From sequence record DRR723986_5559: DNA of 34,482 nucleotides; one strand, 5' to 3'. The position numbers and the translations under genes were made by a program. Positions within the stretch are counted from its first letter, which is position 1. Each line of letters opens with the position of its first letter. Shown here piece by piece: positions 18,466-28,700 of this stretch. The notes under the pieces are model-generated. The model saw only the letters and a list, made by a program, of their open reading frames with translations. It was not told the DNA's origin and did no database searches.

Positions 18466-19608
18466 TCAGGAATAGAATCTGGCATCAGCCAGCGCCCTTT
18501 CGGCCCCGTCGACAAGATCGCGCATGACCTCTGCCGCTGGACGGATCGAATGGATCAGACCGATTCCCTGCCCCGCGAAGCCGGGCATGATATCCTTGCG
18601 CTGAGCCTTGATGCCCGAAGCCATGACCGGCCCTGAAATCATCGACTGGTAAGGCATGGGAAGCGGCTCCTTGCCCGCCGCAACCCAGGCATCGGCCCAT
18701 TTGCTGCGGATCATGCGCGCGGGCTTGCCGGTCATCGAGCGGCTGACGATGGTATCTGCATCGCCGCTTTCGGTGATTGCTTCCTTCTGAAACCGTTCGA
18801 TGCCGGCTTCATCGGTTGCCAGGAACGCCGTTCCGACCCACGCGCCCACAGCGCCCAGCATCATCGCCGCAGCGACTCCGCGGCCATCGGAGATTCCACC
18901 CGCTCCGATCACCGGAACCCGGTCCCCCACCGCATCGACCACTTGTGGAATCAGCGAGAAGGTTCCGATCGGGGAGTTGTGTCCGCCGCCATCGTGACCT
19001 TGCGCAACAATCATGTCGATACCGGAATCGACCACCTGTTGGGCATGTTTGACCTTGCCGATCACCGCCATGACCTTGGTGCCATTCGAATGAAGGCGGT
19101 CCATCCACGGTCCGGGATTGCCGAGGCCGGCGGCATAGACTGGCACCTTTTCCTCGATTACAACTTCCATCTGCGCCTCGAAAAACTCCCGCGAGAACAA
19201 CTGCGGCCCGCCCTTGCCCATTTCCGGCGCGCCAGCCGCGCGCATGGCCATTGCGGCATCCACTTCGGGCAGATCCTCGCGTTCCATGAAATCGCGGGTG
19301 AACTGCTGGTATTCGCCAAGCAATGCCATCGGGTTTTCGGGCACGGCGCCGCTTTGCGGGGCCGAACCGCGCCTGACGGAGGCAGGCAGAAGGGTATCGA
19401 CCCCAAACGGTTTGTCGGTCAGCTCGCGGGTCTGGCGGATCCAGCTACGCAACTGGTCCGGCGAGCAGGCCGCAGCGCCAAGAACGCCAAGCCCCCCCGC
19501 ATTCGATACTGCAGCCGCGAGCGCGGGGACACTGGCCCCGCCCATCCCGGCCAGAAGGATCGGGTACTCGATCCCGAGAATTTCGCAAATGTGGCTCTTG
19601 AGTGCCAT
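18466..19608 (-). CDS. Nitronate monooxygenase/FabK-like FMN-dependent oxidoreductase
   Basis: LGIEYPILLAGMG, AVSNAGGLG, AQGHDGGGH, AGGISDGRG, GTAFLAT. GGAGAAGG RBS precedes ATG 19608. Confidence 0.88.
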   Translation of the reverse strand: MALKSHICEILGIEYPILLAGMGGASVPALAAAVSNAGGLGVLGAAACSPDQLRSWIRQTRELTDKPFGVDTLLPASVRRGSAPQSGAVPENPMALLGEYQQFTRDFMEREDLPEVDAAMAMRAAGAPEMGKGGPQLFSREFFEAQMEVVIEEKVPVYAAGLGNPGPWMDRLHSNGTKVMAVIGKVKHAQQVVDSGIDMIVAQGHDGGGHNSPIGTFSLIPQVVDAVGDRVPVIGAGGISDGRGVAAAMMLGAVGAWVGTAFLATDEAGIERFQKEAITESGDADTIVSRSMTGKPARMIRSKWADAWVAAGKEPLPMPYQSMISGPVMASGIKAQRKDIMPGFAGQGIGLIHSIRPAAEVMRDLVDGAERALADARFYS

Positions 19609-19653
19609 CGTGTTACCTTCTCCAAATTGCGCCATCCACGGGCGCCTGTTATT

Positions 19654-20394
19654 TTACATCTGCCCCCACTTGACCTTCTGGGACACAAGCTCAGGGCTTC
19701 TTTCTGCGAGATAGGAGGCGGAGCCCGCCACGAGACGAGCCATCGCCTGCCGCGCTCCTTCGGCATCGCCCTTGCGCACAGCTTCAAGGACGCGGCGCAA
19801 GAAGCGCAACTGGACCGCACGCTCTTGCGCCGAATACCCCAGCGAGAGCGAAAATTCGCGGGTAAGCATGTGCAACGCGGAAGTCAGAAGGCCGAAAAGC
19901 GGATTGCCGCTGGCCCAGCCGAGCATATCGTGAAAACGGCGATTCAGTTCCTCGAACTGGCTACTGGCTTCGTTGCGCTCCAGCTCTTTGAGGCAATCGG
20001 CAAGTGCGCTCAGATCACCCGTGGTCGCGCGCTGGGCGGCATAGGCTGCAACATTCGGAGCTATGGCTTCGCGCAGTTCGAGCAGGCCTCTGAGGTCTGC
20101 TTCCATGAATTGCAGGATTAGAGAAAGATTATTCGCAAAATCACCGGTCTGCGGGCGGGCGACCACCGGGCCGCCACTACGGCCCAGTTGAAGATGGATT
20201 ACGCCCTGAAGCTCAAGGAAGCGGAGCGCTTCGCGCAAAGTCGCTCGAGCGACATCGTATCGCGCAAGCATTTCGTCCTCGCGCGCCAACCTGTCGCCCA
20301 CAACATGCGCCCCGGCTTCGATATCGCGTACGATGTCTTGCGCAAGCGTGAGCGCACGCTTGGCTTTCTTGGAATCATCGACCTTCGGTTGCAT
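19654..20394 (-). CDS. GntR/FadR-family transcriptional regulator
   Basis: wHTH (GDRLAREDEMLARYDVARATLREALRFLE) plus FCD domain (LLELREAI, NRRFHDML, ASGNPL). Confidence 0.92.
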   Translation of the reverse strand: MQPKVDDSKKAKRALTLAQDIVRDIEAGAHVVGDRLAREDEMLARYDVARATLREALRFLELQGVIHLQLGRSGGPVVARPQTGDFANNLSLILQFMEADLRGLLELREAIAPNVAAYAAQRATTGDLSALADCLKELERNEASSQFEELNRRFHDMLGWASGNPLFGLLTSALHMLTREFSLSLGYSAQERAVQLRFLRRVLEAVRKGDAEGARQAMARLVAGSASYLAERSPELVSQKVKWGQM

Positions 20395-20413
20395 CTCCAG
20401 GAATCGCTCCTCT

Positions 20414-20513
20414 GATAATTCCTTATAAGGGTTTATCGGCAGATATGTCTAGAGCGCTCATAAGCAATTCACAGTTTGACCGGATTTTACAATAATCCTT
20501 ATAAGCTTTATTG
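20414..20513. promoter_or_regulatory. Divergent promoter with two palindromic operator candidates
   Basis: GATAA-TTC-CTTATAAG-GGT-TTATC (20414-20437) and CAATAA-TC-CTTATAAG-CT-TTATTG (20490-20513). TTGACC(20476)-N18-TATAAG(20500) overlaps the second. Confidence 0.7.
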
Positions 20514-20584
20514 ACTACGGCCTGCAAATTCCCTACCTATCCGCAAACGAGGTGAGTCTGCTTGCTAGGCATGGAGGACAAGAC

Positions 20585-21847
20585 ATGAGCATCGACACGA
20601 TGGAGCTGGATACTGCCGAAAAAATCGCGGCCATGCCGATCGACGAAATCGATGTCTCTCGGCCGAGCCTTTTTCAGCAGGATACGATCGGCCTGTTCTT
20701 CGACCGGCTGCGCAAGGAGGAGCCAGTCCATTACTGCCGTGAAAGCCATGTCGGACCCTTCTGGTCGATCACCAAATTCGACGACATCATGGCCGTCGAT
20801 ACCAACCACAAAGTCTTTTCATCGGAGGCAAAGCTCGGCGGTATCGCCATCCAGGACATGCATAGTGCGGAAGGTGCGCTCGAACTTGAAATGTTCATCG
20901 CCATGGATCCTCCAAAGCACGACCAGCAACGCAAGGCCGTCACCCCCGCTGTGGCGCCGTCCAACTTGCTGTTGCTCGAACCGACAATCCGCGAACGAGC
21001 GTGTCAGATTCTCGATGATCTACCGATCGGCGAGGAATTTGATTGGGTTGACAAGGTCTCGATCGAATTGACCACGATGACCCTTGCCACCCTGTTCGAT
21101 TTTCCGTGGGAAGAACGCCGCAAGCTCACCCGCTGGTCCGATGTCACAACCGCTGCTCCTGAAACCGGCATCGTCGCATCGTACGAAGCGAGGCGCGAAG
21201 AGCTCATCGAGTGCGCGATGTATTTCAAGGGCCTGTGGGATCAGCGCGTCAATGAGCCGCCAAGGAACGACCTGATTTCCATAATGGCGCATGCCCCGGC
21301 GACAAAGGATATGCCTTTCCTCGAATTTCTGGGTAACCTCCTGCTGCTGATCGTGGGCGGCAACGACACCACGCGCAATTCAATCAGCGGCGGTGTGCTC
21401 GCCCTCAATCAGAACCCCGACGAATATCGCAAACTGAATGACGACCCATCGTTGATCACCAGCATGGTGCCGGAAATCATCCGCTGGCAGACGCCGCTGA
21501 CTCACATGCGCCGCACCGCGCTTCAGGAATGGGAGATCGGCGGCAAACAGATCAAGAAGGGCGACAAGGTCGTGATGTGGTACCTGTCGGGCAACCGCGA
21601 CGACACGGTTATCGACCAGGCCGACCGGTTCATCATTGACCGCAAGAATCCGCGCCATCACCTGTCATTCGGCTATGGCATCCATCGCTGCATGGGCAAC
21701 AGGCTGGCAGAACTGCAGTTGCGGATCATCTGGGAAGAGATTCACAAGCGCTTCGCCAAGGTCGAAGTGACCGGCCAACCCGAGCGCCTGTATTCAACCC
21801 TTGTGCGCGGGATCACCAAGCTGCCGGTGCGGCTGCACGCCCGCTGA
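20585..21847 (+). CDS. Cytochrome P450, CYP153 family (alkane terminal hydroxylase-like)
   Basis: MFIAMDPPKHDQQR, NLLLLIVGGNDTTRNS, EIIRWQTPL, HLSFGYGIHRCMGNRLAE. GGAGG RBS precedes ATG 20585. Confidence 0.93.
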   Translation: MSIDTMELDTAEKIAAMPIDEIDVSRPSLFQQDTIGLFFDRLRKEEPVHYCRESHVGPFWSITKFDDIMAVDTNHKVFSSEAKLGGIAIQDMHSAEGALELEMFIAMDPPKHDQQRKAVTPAVAPSNLLLLEPTIRERACQILDDLPIGEEFDWVDKVSIELTTMTLATLFDFPWEERRKLTRWSDVTTAAPETGIVASYEARREELIECAMYFKGLWDQRVNEPPRNDLISIMAHAPATKDMPFLEFLGNLLLLIVGGNDTTRNSISGGVLALNQNPDEYRKLNDDPSLITSMVPEIIRWQTPLTHMRRTALQEWEIGGKQIKKGDKVVMWYLSGNRDDTVIDQADRFIIDRKNPRHHLSFGYGIHRCMGNRLAELQLRIIWEEIHKRFAKVEVTGQPERLYSTLVRGITKLPVRLHAR

Positions 21848-21873
21848 TTTACCAAAGCAGAAATACGGAGTTT

Positions 21874-22203
21874 ATGATGGTCAAAGTGACGTTCGTATCC
21901 AGCGATGGAACGCGGCGGGAAGTCGAAATTGCTGAGGGCGAAACAGCGCGCGAAGCGGCGCTTTTCAACGGCGTGCCGGGCATCGACGGCGATTGCGGCG
22001 GGGCCTGCGCCTGTGCGACCTGTCATGTCCATGTCGACCCGACCTGGATCGACAAGGTGGGTCGTCTGAAGGAAGGCGAAGCGGAGGCCGAACTCCTCCA
22101 ATTTGCAGAAGGGGCCAGCGAATACAGTCGCCTCGCCTGCCAGATACCCATGGAAGCTGCGATGGAAGGTTTGGTTTTGCACGTTCCTGCGCAGCAGTAC
22201 TGA
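21874..22203 (+). CDS. [2Fe-2S] ferredoxin (putidaredoxin/adrenodoxin type)
   Basis: CGGACACATCHV…SRLACQI. Confidence 0.93.
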   Translation: MMVKVTFVSSDGTRREVEIAEGETAREAALFNGVPGIDGDCGGACACATCHVHVDPTWIDKVGRLKEGEAEAELLQFAEGASEYSRLACQIPMEAAMEGLVLHVPAQQY

Positions 22204-22270
22204 CCAGCCAGAGCGCGGCCTTGTCGTCCGAGTGGGGTGCCACGAATTTGATTTTTGAACGGAGGTTTCC

Positions 22271-23482
22271 ATGCCGACACAAGTAGAATCCGATGTCCAG
22301 ACGAGCGAAGACGCATTTCGCACCGAAGTGCGGCAATTCCTCGCCACCAATTTCCCTGACGAACTCAAGGGCACGGGCAATATGATGGCCGGGCTCGACG
22401 GTCCGACCGACGAGAACCCTGTCCAGAAGAAATGGCGAGAAGCCGTGGGCGGGCGTGGTTGGGGCACGCCAACCTGGCCCAAGGAATATGGCGGGGGCGG
22501 ACTGACCAAAGGCCAGGCCAGAATCATCGAGCATGAGTTCGCCAAGGTCGGCGCCTACAATCCGATCGGCGGAATGGGTGTGATGATGTTCGGCCCGACC
22601 CTGCTCGAATACGGCGACGAAAGGCAGAAGCTGGAGCATATCCCGCCAATCTGCCGTGGCGAAATTCGCTGGTGCCAGGGCTACTCGGAGCCGAATGCCG
22701 GATCAGACCTCGCAAACCTGCAGACCTTCGCGGTCGACAAGGGCGATCACTACCTCATTAACGGCCAGAAGACCTGGACCAGCGGTGGCCAGTGGGCTGA
22801 CAAGTGCTTTGCCATCGTCCGCACCGACCGGTCAGACAAACACAAAGGTATCAGCTTCATGCTGATCGACATGGACGCACCAGGCGTTGAAGTCCGCCCG
22901 ATCACAATGATCAGCGGAACCAGCCCGTTCTGCGAGACCTTCTTCACCGATGTGAAGGTGCCGAAGGAAAATCTCGTGGGCAAGGAAGGCCAGGGCTGGA
23001 CTATCGGCAAGCGCCTGCTTCAGCACGAGCGCACGAACATTTCGGGCGGAGGGCGCCTCGCCGGCATGATGGGCCAGAGCCTTGGCGATATCGCCAAGAA
23101 GTACTGCGAAACCGGCGGTGATGGCGCGCTCGTCAACAAGGTCCTGCGCGACAAGATCGCCGATCTTGAGATCCGCTGGAACAGCTTCCTGCTCACCGCG
23201 CGTCGTGCGGTCGAGGAAAGCAAAGCGCAAGGCGGCGTTTCGGAGATCAGTTCGGTTCTGAAAAAGGTCGGCACCAAGTTGGCCCAGGACCGCAGCGAGT
23301 TGCTGATCGAAATCCGCGGCTTTCAGGGCCTCGGCTGGGAAGGCGACGAGTTTGGCGATGACGAACTTGAGGATGTGCGCGGCTGGCTCTTCGGCAAGGC
23401 AGCGACGATCTATGGCGGTTCGACCGAAGTCCAGAACAACATCATTGCCAAGCGGGTGCTTGGCATGCTCGACCACCAGTAA
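22271..23482 (+). CDS. Acyl-CoA dehydrogenase, catalytic (alpha-type, PimC-like) subunit
   Basis: WCQGYSEPNAGSDLA, NGQKTWTS, LLQHER, IYGGSTEVQNNIIAKR. Confidence 0.92.
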   Translation: MPTQVESDVQTSEDAFRTEVRQFLATNFPDELKGTGNMMAGLDGPTDENPVQKKWREAVGGRGWGTPTWPKEYGGGGLTKGQARIIEHEFAKVGAYNPIGGMGVMMFGPTLLEYGDERQKLEHIPPICRGEIRWCQGYSEPNAGSDLANLQTFAVDKGDHYLINGQKTWTSGGQWADKCFAIVRTDRSDKHKGISFMLIDMDAPGVEVRPITMISGTSPFCETFFTDVKVPKENLVGKEGQGWTIGKRLLQHERTNISGGGRLAGMMGQSLGDIAKKYCETGGDGALVNKVLRDKIADLEIRWNSFLLTARRAVEESKAQGGVSEISSVLKKVGTKLAQDRSELLIEIRGFQGLGWEGDEFGDDELEDVRGWLFGKAATIYGGSTEVQNNIIAKRVLGMLDHQ

Positions 23483-23500
23483 GCGAGGGTAGCAAGGACA

Positions 23501-24571
23501 ATGGCAGTTCTCAGCGAAGAACAGGAAATGCTGCGCAACATGGCGCGCGACTGGGCGACCAAGGAAAGCCCGGTATCCGAGTTCCGCAAAGTCCGCGCAG
23601 CAGGCCAACCGCAGGCCTACAACGCTGACGCCTATGCCGCGATGGCCGAAATGGGCTGGGTCGGGATCATCATTCCCGAGGCCCATGGTGGATCAGATTT
23701 CGGTTTCTTGTCGGCCGGCCTCGTGATCGAGGAACTCGGCAAAACGCTGACCGCAAGTCCGCTGGTGGCCACAACCATCGCGGCGAGCGCAATCCTGCTC
23801 GGCGGAAGCGACGCGCAGAAGGCCAAATGGCTTCCCAGGCTCGCCAGCGGCGAAACCGTGGCAACGCTGGCTGTCGATGAAGGAGCGCATTGCGATCCCT
23901 CCGCAATCGAGACCAGCGTTTCGGGCGGCAAGCTGACCGGCAAAAAGGCATTCGTGCACGAGGCGCATGGCGCCAGCCTCTTCGTGGTCGCAGCCAAGGA
24001 CGGCCTATACCTGGTCGAAAAGGGCGATGGCGTTTCACTGACCACGCGCAAGCTCACCGATCAGCGCAGCCACGCCGATATCCAATTCGCTGGCGCTGCC
24101 GCCGAGAAGCTCGAGGGCGGAGGCGACAGTCTGCTTGGCGACGTGCTCGACCGGGCGCGCGTGCTTTCCGCTGCCGAAATGCTCGGCATGGCGCAAGCTG
24201 TGTTCGACACGACCCTCGACTATCTGAAGCAGCGTGTGCAGTTCAATCAGGTGCTTGCTACTTTCCAGGCGCTGCAACATCGCATGGCGGATCTGTTCGC
24301 CGACCTCACGCAGATGCGCTCCGCGGTCGAGGCGGGTTTACAGGCAGTCGACAGCGGTTTCGGAGTCGCGCGTGCAGCGACCATCGCCAAGGCCGAGGCA
24401 AATCGCGTACTGCACGCGATCAGCAATCAGGGTATCCAGCTGCATGGCGGCATCGGGATGACCGACGAATTCAATGTCGGCTTCTACCTCAAGCGTGCTC
24501 GCGTGCTCGAGGCGAGTTGGGGGTCGTCAAGCTACCTCAGGGACCGTTTTGCACGATTGTCCGGTTACTGA
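23501..24571 (+). CDS. Acyl-CoA dehydrogenase, short (beta-type, PimD-like) subunit
   Basis: 356 aa; RVQFNQVLATFQALQHR, IQLHGGIGMTDE. Confidence 0.9.
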   Translation: MAVLSEEQEMLRNMARDWATKESPVSEFRKVRAAGQPQAYNADAYAAMAEMGWVGIIIPEAHGGSDFGFLSAGLVIEELGKTLTASPLVATTIAASAILLGGSDAQKAKWLPRLASGETVATLAVDEGAHCDPSAIETSVSGGKLTGKKAFVHEAHGASLFVVAAKDGLYLVEKGDGVSLTTRKLTDQRSHADIQFAGAAAEKLEGGGDSLLGDVLDRARVLSAAEMLGMAQAVFDTTLDYLKQRVQFNQVLATFQALQHRMADLFADLTQMRSAVEAGLQAVDSGFGVARAATIAKAEANRVLHAISNQGIQLHGGIGMTDEFNVGFYLKRARVLEASWGSSSYLRDRFARLSGY

Positions 24572-24604
24572 CGACGAAGGTTTCTCGCCACTCACAGCTT
24601 GCCG

Positions 24605-25375
24605 TCAGCCCACAATTTCGTAGGCGGGGCCGTAACCCGCGTCTTCGGGAATAGTGAGGACATTCTTCCCGTCTCGCTGAATGATTTCAGGCAGAACTGT
24701 TACGATATCGCGGGTTTCAGCCTGCGCCACGCAATCCGCTGCGCTCGCAGATTTGGCCAGCAGTTGCAGGTTCAAGCGTGTAGGAAATATAATGGTTCGC
24801 TTGCCGCTGGCTTCCATTTCCAACGCCTTGTGCGGCGAAAGCCATTCCGCATCGACGGTTTCGTATCCATCGCATGCGGCAATCTGGCGTTCGGGCGCGC
24901 GAACAACGAAGAAATGTGTGTCGAAGCGCTTGTGCATGAAGGTGGGCGTTATCCACCTCGCGAAATTGCTTAACCGATCGAGGCGTAGGTGCACACCGGC
25001 CTCGCGAACGACGTCAAGAAATTCGCGCTCCCCTCGCTCCACCGCTTTGCGGCTTTCAAGATCACATGTATCCTCGAACGCGCCGCCGTCACGATAATCG
25101 CCTAGCAGGATGCCGGCTTCCTCGTACGCTTCGCGGATCGCGGCAATCCGCAAAGTGCGCTGCGTATCGTCGAAAGTGCTCCAGCCCTCGCAATGATTAG
25201 CCCATTCGAGAGCTTCATCACCGGCCGAAGGCTTTCCTCCGGGAAATACCAGCGCGCCGGAGGCAAAATCGATCTGGTGATGGCGTTTGACCATCAGGAC
25301 CTGAAACTCCGGCGCGTCGCGAAGTAGGAGCATGGTCGCCGCGGGGACGGGATCGACGGGCTTCTGCATGGTCAT
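24605..25375 (-). CDS. Nudix hydrolase (Nudt19-like, candidate acyl-CoA diphosphatase)
   Basis: PAATMLLLR, VFPGG, split Nudix box with AAIREAYEEAG, WITP…RFDTHFF, IFPT. GGAG RBS precedes ATG 25375. Confidence 0.85.
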   Translation of the reverse strand: MTMQKPVDPVPAATMLLLRDAPEFQVLMVKRHHQIDFASGALVFPGGKPSAGDEALEWANHCEGWSTFDDTQRTLRIAAIREAYEEAGILLGDYRDGGAFEDTCDLESRKAVERGEREFLDVVREAGVHLRLDRLSNFARWITPTFMHKRFDTHFFVVRAPERQIAACDGYETVDAEWLSPHKALEMEASGKRTIIFPTRLNLQLLAKSASAADCVAQAETRDIVTVLPEIIQRDGKNVLTIPEDAGYGPAYEIVG

Positions 25376-25705
25376 CAGTTTCTCCAGTAGTCTAGGTTCG
25401 GACCCAAACGATTTGTTGTAGCACAGGGCCATTTGCAGAGGCTACGCCGCTGGATTTGCATTCTCAAGGCCGTTTGCCCTGACACTGCCATCGGACGAAA
25501 TGAACTCGTCGATTCAGGTGAAAAAGTTCTAAACCGCAAAACATCGCCTCAGCCGTCCGAATGCAGACGCAACGCAGCATTGGTATCTCACAGTTTGCTA
25601 TTCGGCCTTCTCACTGAAATTGCGAACTTTGATTTGTTCAGCGCAATCCGCCAAGATTGACCAAATAAAATCCCACCCACAGTGACCGGCACCAATAATT
25701 CGCCA

Positions 25706-28700
25706 TCAAATGACGTCTTCTGTTGCCCCGCCGGTAAGGGCGGCCGATCGTGCAGCATCCTCGCCGCGTCTTAACCGCGTGAGCGGCCATAGGAACAGCC
25801 GCGTTAGCTTTCTGACGACGTTGGCAACATCACTAGGGATCATGAAGACCGCTGGAATGACGACAAGCGTCAGGATCGTTGAAGAGGTCAACCCTCCAAT
25901 GAGAAGCGCGCCGAGCGCGTTGCGCCACTCAGCTCCATCCGAGGTCGCCAATGCGACTGGCACCATGCCAAAGATTGCGGAAAAGGCAGTCATGAGAACG
26001 GGGCGAAGTCGTTCAGGACAAGCTTGAAGGATCGCGTTTCTTTCTGTCATTCCTTCCGCGATCAACTGGTTTGCGCGGTCGACGAGCAAGATGCCATTCT
26101 TCATCACGATCCCCATCAGTCCGATCAGGCCAATCTGTGCGAACAGGGAGGATTCTAGTCCAAAGTAATATAGCCCGGCGAATGCTCCAGAGAAGCTGAG
26201 CGGCGCCGTTACCATGATCAGAAGCGGCTGTACGAAGGAATTAAATTGGCTCGCAAGCACCATGTAGAGCGCCAGCAAGGCGAGCAGTAACGCGAAGCCG
26301 ATCGCGCCGGCGGTCTCCTGCATGCGTTCCGACATGCCGCCGACCGAGTAAGTGATGCCAGCCGGCGGTGGGTTGACTTCAAGCACCTCGATCAATGTGG
26401 TTGTCGCCTCACCCAGGGAAACACCGGTTGCAGAACTGGCAAGCACCGAGATCTTCCGGGCGCGGTCTGATCGATCAATTTGCGACGGGCCGGAAGCGAA
26501 CTCAACACGTGAAACCGCTCCAATATCTACCAGTCGCCCGTCTGCACCGCGCACTTGAATGCGATCAAAATCCCGCACGCTTTCCCTCTGGTCTTCCTCC
26601 AGACGCAGGCGCACATCATATCGCTTTCCGCCCTCTTCAAAGGTTCCTGCATCGAGTCCGCCCAGGGCAATCCGAGCTGTATCCGCCAAGGCACGAGCGG
26701 AAACGCTCTGGTCCCCGGCCCGCGTTCGGTCAAACAGAATCTGTGCTTCCGGTCGACCGCTCTCGAAGCTGGTTCTGACATCAGCAAAATCAGGTCGGGC
26801 ACGCATCTCACGCACGAGATGATCGCCATATTGCGCAAGGGAGTTGAGGTCAGATCCCTTTAACAACAAGTCGATGTCCGAGCTACCGGAGGTCGTCCCG
26901 CTGACCCACGGAACTTCAAGGACGGATATCTTAACCGCCTCAGGGGATGCAATGCGGATGGCTTTCCGCGCTTGGTCCATGATTTCAAACTGACCCGTTT
27001 GGCGCTCCTGTTTCGGTGTCAAGGAAGCGTATAGATCGATGACACGGGCGTCCGCTTGCGCGCCTGCCCCGATCGAGACGAACACTTCTTCAACGTGCTC
27101 GATCTTGCGGAGTTCAGCATCAATCTTTTGCGCGGCGTCGAGCGCAGAAACAACGCCAGTGCCCAGCGGCAGCTCGATCGAACCCTGAAACTCGCTCCTG
27201 TCGGCGCGCGAGGTAAAACCGGAAGGAACGCGAGCTGCATACCACGCACCGGCAAAAACCGAGGCACACGCAATAAGAATCACAACTATGCGAAATCGAA
27301 CGGCCAGCTTTACGAGACCTGCATAGGCCCGGTCAGTTGAGTCCCAGAAGGCTTCGAGCGGCCGAAAGACGGGTGAAACGCCACTGGATGTGAGGATGCG
27401 CGATGCAAGCATTGGCGTGAGTGTCAAAGCAACGAGCAAAGAGACCGACACCGAAAACACGATCGTCAGACCGTATTGGAAAAAGAAGCGTCCTACGATG
27501 CCATCCATGAAGGCAATCGGAACAAAAACGGCAAGTGTGGCTGCTGTGCCTGCAACCACGGCAAGTCCCACTTTACGTGTACCGTCCAGCGCGGCCTCAA
27601 GCGGTGGCTTCCCCTCTTCCAGCTCTTTCATGATCGCTTCAATAACGACGATGGCGTCGTCTACGAGCAGTCCGATGGCAACGGTGAGTGCAAGCAGCGT
27701 CAGGACGTTGATCGAAAACCCCAGAAGATAAAAGCCAAAAAAAGTGGCCACAAGGGATGTCGGGATCGCCAGGGCCACGATGATCGTCGCTCTGAAATTC
27801 AGGAGGAAAACAAAGGTCACGGCAACGACAAGCCCGATGGCAATCACGACGTCATGGGTGACGTCCTCGATTGAGCTCTCGATAAATTTCGACACATCTC
27901 TTGTCGCGACAATCGTCACCCCGGCGGGCGCAAGCGCGCGCAAGTCTTCTGCGGCGGCCTTGACCTTGTGCGAGACCTCGACAGTATTCTGACCTGATTG
28001 TTTCCTGATATCGAGCGAGATACCTCGTCTGCCATTCAGGAATGCCGCTGAGCGCTCATCCTCCAGGCCGTCCTCCACGCGGGCAACATCAGAAATTCGG
28101 ATTGTGACGCCATTTTCCCGATAGGCGACTGGCAAGTCTGCAAAGCCATTCGCACGGGTAACTTCAGCGACAGTTTTGACACCAAACTCCCGCGTGCGGG
28201 CATCAGTTTCCATCCGCCCGCCGGGAAGCTTTGCATGCTCACTCTGGATCGCACGCCTTACATCATCCGCAGTGACGCCAAACGCCCTCAGTCGTTCATT
28301 GTCGAGCCAGATGCGCACCGCGCGCTCACGACCCCCGACCAATTTCACGGCGCCCACACCGTCGAGGCGTTGAAGACGTTCCTTTGCCACATCGTCGGCG
28401 AACGCAGTCAACTCGGCGATTGGCAGATCGCCGGCGATCATGACGGAGATGATCGGCGCCGCGTCCGGATCGACCTTGTCCACGATGGGTGGATCCATAT
28501 CCGGAGGCAATTCTGCCAGGGCAACCTGCACCTTGTCCCGAACATCCTGGACCTTCTCGCGGGCATTGGAACTCAGATTGAACTCGATCAGAATTTGCGC
28601 GCGCCCTTCACTGGAAAAAGATTGCAGCGTTTCAATTCCGTCGATCGTGTTGATGTACTCTTCCAAGATGTCGGTGACTTCCGACTCCATGGTTTCCGCA

